A stretch of DNA of 64,000 nt from Naegleria gruberi (taxonomy: Eukaryota). The position numbers and the translations under genes were made by a program. The notes beneath the pieces were generated by a model. That model was not told the DNA's origin. It did no database searches and saw only the letters and a list, made by a program, of their open reading frames with translations. Below, piece after piece: positions 58,176 through 64,000 of the stretch. Numbering within the stretch: the first letter of the stretch is position 1; each line of letters begins with the position of its first letter. The stretch lies in NCBI GenBank assembly GCA_000004985.1, contig GG738879.1; one strand, written 5' to 3'.

Positions 58176-60185
58176 TCATCGCTCAAAACATTTTTCATTA
58201 ATATCACTCTTGAAATTCAAGCTAAAACGTTTTTTCTCAAAAAAGTAATGAATAGTATCCAGTCGTGAAGGACAATTATTGGTTGGTGAGAGAGTTACGG
58301 CCATTGGTTCTAGAAATTGAGTTGGAATTTGCATTTCAACCCAAGATTCCAAGTTCTGTATTCCTCCAGTGCAATAGTGCTCTGGTGCATGTTTGAAAAA
58401 TTGTCCACCACTGAGCATCATTTTGGAATTGGGAATGAGGAGTTTTTCATTGATTACTTGTTGCTGCTTGATTGGATCATTTATGTGTGACAGGGCGGTT
58501 GCTATATAATCATTGAGGAATGGTTTTGAAATTGAAAATAGTGCTCCAAAAGGAAGTCCAATAATCTTATTTTCAACTTGTGATAAAATCAATTCCAAAG
58601 CAGATGACATTCCTCCAATAAAGTACGAATCCGAATTGTCGAATGTCTCTAAATATTCAATAAAAGAATCAGAATGGATTCTGGTACTTTCTGTAACACC
58701 AACTGTCCATAATCCTTTTGAGTTTTTCAAGCATGTTGCGTACATGGATATTTGAGACATTCCAATATCTGAATCGCAAACATAAACTTGAGTAAATCCC
58801 TCATTTCTCCAAAATTGTAAAGCGAGATTAACATTTCGTTTCATATCATAATCATTGGAAATGAGTTTCGATCTTGAATCAATGAGTGAGCTAGGTATAA
58901 TAATGATGGAAATATCATTCCGTTGTAGTGTTGAAACTGAATGTCGTTTGAACATGTATTGATTTCCCCAACTTGTGTAAATAATATCCACCAAATTTTT
59001 CATGTAATTAGACACCCTATCGTGATCCATTTGCTGTGATTCCTTCTTTGCCCAATCAATGAAAGGCTTCTTTCCTAATTGTTTCACTCTATTGATAATC
59101 TCCTCAATTGTCAAATCATGCTTTGGTTTAAAATTCAAATAGGCATTTACCTGAGTATTCTCCACTTCAGATTTCCTAAAACACATGTTGACTTGTGTGA
59201 AAAATTGATCTGGTAAACTGTCCCTCATAATTTTAACATTCTGTCCTTGAATATAATGCAAGTTAGATCCATTTCTAAATCTGGTAAACCAACTCAGATT
59301 AGGAACATCATTAAAACTTGCAGGATCACAATAAAACATAAAATTACAGCAATGCATTGAATTTTCATTTCTCAAAATTTTGCATTTCTCCTCTCTTGAT
59401 TTTGTAATGACATGATTGATACATTTATAAATTGTCAAATCATAATAAGCTAATCCAAACGTATCCAAACAATTATCAAAATTAAATTTCAATAATTCAA
59501 TTGCCTTTTCATTGAAAATTATTCCAGGACCACCACTCAATTGAGAGCATGATGGAATTCTTCCAATAATGAGTGGTTCTTCCATTGATATTTCACCACT
59601 CTTTAATTTAAATTCATACTTGGCAATGACTTTCAAATAATTAGTGGGAATCATTAAATGGTCATCATCAGAAAGGAAGAACCATCTCACTTTCGAATCG
59701 TTTCGTATCCTCTTCAACTCAAGCATAATAAACAGAGATTCTATAAATCTATATTGAGCTCCTCCATATCCAGGAGGTAAATTCTGTAATGATGAACTTT
59801 TGATAGTCAACCTTGAATAATAATTCATTAAATTCTGATCATTGAGTGGAAGATCAGTGAAAAGAAAGGTATTTTCTTTCAGAAGGAACGGTTTCGTCAT
59901 TCTGGAGTGAACCATTTCATATATTCCTTTCATTTGTTTTCCATAAAGTGAATCATTATGAGTTAATTGTCCAAAGTATATTAAATCTTCCGAAATGCAA
60001 ATACTTTCGTCAAGAATATTTTCATTTTCCAATAATTCAATATTCGTTTCCTTTAATCTTTCTAATAATTTAGCTTTTTGTATTATTGTTGGATCATTTA
60101 CAAGATTTCTTCTCCTTGTTATCATCCTATTCCGTATAAAGAGAAATGAAACAAATAAAAAACACGCTGCCACCAATCCAATCAT
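58176..60185 (-). CDS. type-II membrane glycosyltransferase, Fringe/GT31-like N-terminal catalytic domain plus an unassigned C-terminal domain
   Basis: N-terminal signal anchor MIGLVAACFLFVSFLFI. DxD-type motif in WFFLSDDDHLMIPTNYLKV preceded by GYGGAQYRFIESL. 669-aa single exon. The C-terminal ~300 aa (...VYVCDSDIGMSQISMYATC...GGMSSALELIL...) has no confident assignment. Confidence 0.55.
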   Translation of the reverse strand: MIGLVAACFLFVSFLFIRNRMITRRRNLVNDPTIIQKAKLLERLKETNIELLENENILDESICISEDLIYFGQLTHNDSLYGKQMKGIYEMVHSRMTKPFLLKENTFLFTDLPLNDQNLMNYYSRLTIKSSSLQNLPPGYGGAQYRFIESLFIMLELKRIRNDSKVRWFFLSDDDHLMIPTNYLKVIAKYEFKLKSGEISMEEPLIIGRIPSCSQLSGGPGIIFNEKAIELLKFNFDNCLDTFGLAYYDLTIYKCINHVITKSREEKCKILRNENSMHCCNFMFYCDPASFNDVPNLSWFTRFRNGSNLHYIQGQNVKIMRDSLPDQFFTQVNMCFRKSEVENTQVNAYLNFKPKHDLTIEEIINRVKQLGKKPFIDWAKKESQQMDHDRVSNYMKNLVDIIYTSWGNQYMFKRHSVSTLQRNDISIIIIPSSLIDSRSKLISNDYDMKRNVNLALQFWRNEGFTQVYVCDSDIGMSQISMYATCLKNSKGLWTVGVTESTRIHSDSFIEYLETFDNSDSYFIGGMSSALELILSQVENKIIGLPFGALFSISKPFLNDYIATALSHINDPIKQQQVINEKLLIPNSKMMLSGGQFFKHAPEHYCTGGIQNLESWVEMQIPTQFLEPMAVTLSPTNNCPSRLDTIHYFFEKKRFSLNFKSDINEKCFER

Positions 60186-60325
60186 ACAACATTAGAATAA
60201 CATTTCTTCTTGCCATTTTTTACTATCAAAATGCAAATATTATCTTAAATGTATTAACAAGATCAAACTGTTTGTGTTATTAAATTGCTGAAATATTCAA
60301 CTTCTTATTAGAAATGTTGTTTATT

Positions 60326-61325
60326 TTAACCAGTGATTGTAAAGTTTGCAACTCCTGAAGCCAACAATCTGGTATGTGGTCTCTTAATCCATGATCCACA
60401 TTCTCCTTCACATACATTAACCTTAGCATGATATGCACCTGGGAACCAATCCTCTATTATTATTATTAGTTTAATATTGGAAACAGTTGTGTGTGAAAAA
60501 TTAAATCAATCATTAAGAAATATTAATAACAAAAGCAACTTACGTCCATCATCTCCACTTGTATCAATTTGGAATTTAATTCCATAAACACCTGGTTTAA
60601 AACCACTGGCTTGATAATAACGATAAACTACTTGATTCTTTGCAATTGATGTTCCAGTAACTTCCAAAGTAACTTCACCTGGTCCACTTTCATTCAAAAC
60701 ATTCAATCTGGAATAGAATGAATATTTGCCACCTGCTGGGCCACTTGATGGGACAACACCAACTGTATCAACAAGTGCACAAACTTTGGCAGTACAGTCA
60801 TGGATTGGACAAATCTTGGCCAATTGACAACCATAAATTGGATCTAAATCAGCCTTCTTGATGACATCAATGAATGCATTGACACCAATTGCTGTACAAA
60901 TGACATCACATCCTTCGACTGCGTATGGTCCCAACGGAGAGACATAATTACACAAGGATAAACATGAATAGACAGTTCCACTATTCACACACAAACAGCA
61001 AGCATGGAAATAAGTTTTTGAATTATGTGAAATATTGCACACAAAATATTGTGATATTATTTCAATGAATATAAAACAAGGATCAAAATCATGTGATGAT
61101 CAGTTAGAATGTAATGTGAAATACTTACGCATCAAGAGCAGCCATCAAATCAGCCAAACCAAAATCCAACAAATCAACACAGGTTGGACACAGAGCATCA
61201 TTGATTGGACTCTTGGTATCGTCGCTAATCTTCTTGATGGTAATTGTTGGTTTGATAGCAAAGCCTTCGATACAAACTACTGCACACAAGGCAGCGATAA
61301 AAGCAATTAAAACGATTGATCTCAT
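60326..61325 (-). CDS. secreted saposin-like domain protein with a C-terminal beta-rich domain (countin-like?); 3 exons, join(61129..61325,60544..60980,60326..60453)
   Basis: Signal peptide MRSIVLIAFIAALCAVVCIEG. Cys pattern CPTCVDLL...C...C, then CDVICTAIGVNAFIDVIKKADLDPIYGCQLAKICPIHDCTAKVCALV, typical of saposin-like folds. Two GTAAGT introns (148 and 90 nt) in phases 2 and 1, consistent with ORFs 61125..61427 and 60506..61042. The countin analogy is from memory only. Confidence 0.5.
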
Positions 61326-61476
61326 TTTTTTAATGTAGCGAAATTGTGAAAGATGGCACTTAAGGGTTTCTATTTGGAGAAATCGCCAAATTCCAGAGAC
61401 AATCGGCAAGCATTTTAAAACAGCCAATCATTACACATGTTAAAAGATTACAACTGTTAATTACAATGATGATTTT

Positions 61477-64000
61477 TTATAATTTTCTAATACCGAATGG
61501 ATCTGGGTCTGGATTGACCAAACTTCCACATGATGAAACGCCACCAAAGTATTTGCATTGTGAAACTGTCATTGATCTTGCAGTTGTTTCACTAGTTGCT
61601 GGAACTCCAACAAATCTCATATTATCCAAAAGGAATTCGACAAAGTTGGTTTGGTCTGCTAAATAGAATACTATTCTTTGAACATTTTGGATAGGAGCAA
61701 AACCAAGTTCAGTGAGTGGAATTCTTATACGTGTAACGGAAGTACCATCAATTCTGAGATATTGAGTGTGATTGGATTGGGTGGTGATTTTGGCAAAGTC
61801 AACCACTTTGGTATCATTCAAATATCCAAATATGAGGGTCAAACCTGAGACTGGACCTGTATTATTGACAGTCTTGATAAAGAATTCAAAGTATTTGAAG
61901 ATACTGGTATCAACATTGATTCTATTGGAACCAATCTTATTGAATGAAATATTACCCTTTCTAAAACCAAAATGTATTGAAGAATTTCCACAAATTGCTG
62001 GAGAGTAAGTCACATTCAAAAAACTATTTCTAACATCTGATGGAATATAGGTGTACATGTACCATTCATTGGTTAATTTCCTTCCTTCATCGTAAATTGA
62101 AATTACATGGGATGAGTTCTTCAGGTTCAAGCTATCACATGGCTTGACTGTGGACACTAATGGTGGTAAATTACAAATAACGGATGTAGCATTATTAATA
62201 TATAATTGAGCTCTCAAATGTCCATTTGGATTTTGTGTGGTTGACAACTTGACAAACATTTTGCCTTGAAGTAAATAGTTCCATTCATTGTAAGATAAAG
62301 TATATCCAAATCTACTTTGGGAGTATGGAACAATATTAGAGTCAGCAATGTACTCCTCCTTTCCAGGAAGTCCAAATCCAATATCAATAGATGTTACAAT
62401 ACTATTTAAATTATGTTGAAGTGTAAAATCGAGAGAATTTGTCCTATTATTGAAAAAAGCAAACACATATCCACCTCCACTAGCAGAGTTGGCTGCCAAA
62501 GGTTTTACACTAGCTTGTTGACTTGCTTCTAATCGCCCAACATATCGATCCTCTCTCATTAGAGCCTTGTAGGTACTTACTGGATTAATTGGATTACTGA
62601 ACTTTGATGGAGCACAGTTATTATTTGGACATGTAGCATTCACATAAAAGACACCACCTGAATAGTAATCAACAAAGGTATCAACCACTCTATATGATGT
62701 TCTTGCAGCATTATTTTTGACTTTCAAATACAAGTGCTCAGTGCTATCATCGTAGTAATAAAAAGTATTTTGTTCCTGCAACATGGTTGAGAAACTAGTG
62801 GTTCTAGTCATATTAATTGAGTTACCATATCTGATATTGAAAATCGTTCCCTTTGGGTATTGAATAGCAATTACAATCCAATCGTTTGTGGCACCAGAGT
62901 CAAGGAAAAAGCTCAAATCTTTTGGTGTTGGAATATCATTAGGCCAACGAATACCGTAAAATCCTCTGGCTATCATATTACTAAGCATGTAATATAAACC
63001 ATTTGCAATAGCGCCAATAACATTCGATTGACGATTTCTCAATAAATCAACAACGATCATTCTCGTAACTGCCTTGCCTGTGTTAATAATATCAGGTCTA
63101 CTAATACCATCACTTCCAGTTGTGTTCATGCCAGTAAAGTTATAATTCAAAACACGGAATTGAGAAAATGATTCACCAAAGAATGGGCATTGGTAAGCAT
63201 TCCAGTCATTTCTTGCTTGACATTGAGGGAATAACATGATTGATTCGTTACCAGTGATCCATCCTCCAATAGATGAAATATTTGTAATGGATCCATCGAC
63301 ATCCATCAATGCAATGGCTTTCTGATTATCATAAGTGGTTGGATAGTTCCATGGGAAAACCATATATCTATTGGCATTGACAAATTTCAAATCAGAATAT
63401 CTATTCTTTGTTTGAAGCTTAAAGTTGTTATTCAATGATGAGAGTGCACCAGCGTATTTGTAAGAATCGGTTAAAAAGTTAATAAATGTAATATTTCTTA
63501 AATATTGTGGACCGCCATTATCATATGTTTCATATCCCTTAATTAAATCCAAATTAGAAGAAATATATTGACCTGGTCTAGTTCTGTTACCATTATCAAT
63601 CTTAGGTCTAAAGGAATATTCACCAACATTTTCAGATTCACCAATAAAGATACTATCTTGAATAATATTCGGACCAGGTGGAGAATTCATTGCGACTCTA
63701 TTATCAGCCAAGTATAAATTTTTGAAACGTAACAATCCACCTCTACACCACAATCCATAACCTCTATTCTTGTAAGCAATGAATCCAACATAAAGTGCCT
63801 CAGTTACTCCAGAAGGAGGGTAATATCCTGCCTGTTCAGTCGAACCATTGGCCTTTTCCATATCGTCTATATGGAGAGCATTTCCTGATGAACTGTGGCC
63901 AACATTGTTTTCGAATGGTTTTGGAGGAGCAGTTCTTGGATTAACAGAACCAGCTGCATATCTGTTTGCACTCAATCCAGTCGGGAATGTTGGCATTGTA
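61477..64000 (-). CDS. C-terminal ~840 aa of a large extracellular beta-rich protein; its 5' end lies beyond the window
   Basis: The ORF is open to the window edge with no start. Many N-glycosylation sequons, Cys pairs and Gly/Asn-rich beta-strand-like repeats. Possibly a G8/PbH1 (CEMIP/TMEM2-like) or CHRD-containing architecture, but this is weak. Confidence 0.45.
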   Translation of the reverse strand, partial: TMPTFPTGLSANRYAAGSVNPRTAPPKPFENNVGHSSSGNALHIDDMEKANGSTEQAGYYPPSGVTEALYVGFIAYKNRGYGLWCRGGLLRFKNLYLADNRVAMNSPPGPNIIQDSIFIGESENVGEYSFRPKIDNGNRTRPGQYISSNLDLIKGYETYDNGGPQYLRNITFINFLTDSYKYAGALSSLNNNFKLQTKNRYSDLKFVNANRYMVFPWNYPTTYDNQKAIALMDVDGSITNISSIGGWITGNESIMLFPQCQARNDWNAYQCPFFGESFSQFRVLNYNFTGMNTTGSDGISRPDIINTGKAVTRMIVVDLLRNRQSNVIGAIANGLYYMLSNMIARGFYGIRWPNDIPTPKDLSFFLDSGATNDWIVIAIQYPKGTIFNIRYGNSINMTRTTSFSTMLQEQNTFYYYDDSTEHLYLKVKNNAARTSYRVVDTFVDYYSGGVFYVNATCPNNNCAPSKFSNPINPVSTYKALMREDRYVGRLEASQQASVKPLAANSASGGGYVFAFFNNRTNSLDFTLQHNLNSIVTSIDIGFGLPGKEEYIADSNIVPYSQSRFGYTLSYNEWNYLLQGKMFVKLSTTQNPNGHLRAQLYINNATSVICNLPPLVSTVKPCDSLNLKNSSHVISIYDEGRKLTNEWYMYTYIPSDVRNSFLNVTYSPAICGNSSIHFGFRKGNISFNKIGSNRINVDTSIFKYFEFFIKTVNNTGPVSGLTLIFGYLNDTKVVDFAKITTQSNHTQYLRIDGTSVTRIRIPLTELGFAPIQNVQRIVFYLADQTNFVEFLLDNMRFVGVPATSETTARSMTVSQCKYFGGVSSCGSLVNPDPDPFGIRKL

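Overview
This is a nuclear-genome window from an AT-rich eukaryote, not a prokaryote. The alpha-tubulin at 23124-24485 is near-identical to dictyostelid TubA. Start codons sit in A-rich contexts. Spliceosomal introns are short (40-240 nt) and AT-rich, mostly with GTAAGT or GTATGT donors. The gene content also fits a dictyostelid social amoeba: copine, a WASP-family protein, and an ACG-type receptor adenylyl cyclase. The stop codon is standard; TAA terminates tubulin, Ras and the formate/nitrite transporter. The composition is less AT-rich than D. discoideum, so this is likely another dictyostelid. The window is densely packed with protein-coding genes on both strands, about 40 in total, and roughly half need splicing to reconstruct. 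They include a Slo/BK-type potassium channel, ACG-like adenylyl cyclase, a five-exon Ras GTPase with a 16-nt micro-exon, a ZFAND1-like AN1 zinc-finger protein, a TatD nuclease, a CocE/NonD hydrolase, a formate/nitrite transporter, a Fringe-like glycosyltransferase, RGS-SAM and RGS-START proteins, a WD40-Sel1 protein, and several unassigned membrane or secreted proteins. There are four tRNA genes: Glu-CTC, His-GTG, an intron-containing Tyr-GTA, and Arg-TCT. Non-genic structure includes a decayed CobW/COG0523 GTPase pseudogene; ghost copies of both ends of the FHA-domain gene lying about 1 kb upstream and 3 kb downstream of the intact copy; an inverted duplicate of the WASP 5' coding segment; and coding tandem repeats. 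I found no CRISPR array, no prokaryotic operon or defence system, and no transposon ORFs. Coordinates for splice junctions were derived by hand and may be off by 1-2 nt. The ORF track uses alternative start codons, so several listed ORF starts are not true ATGs.
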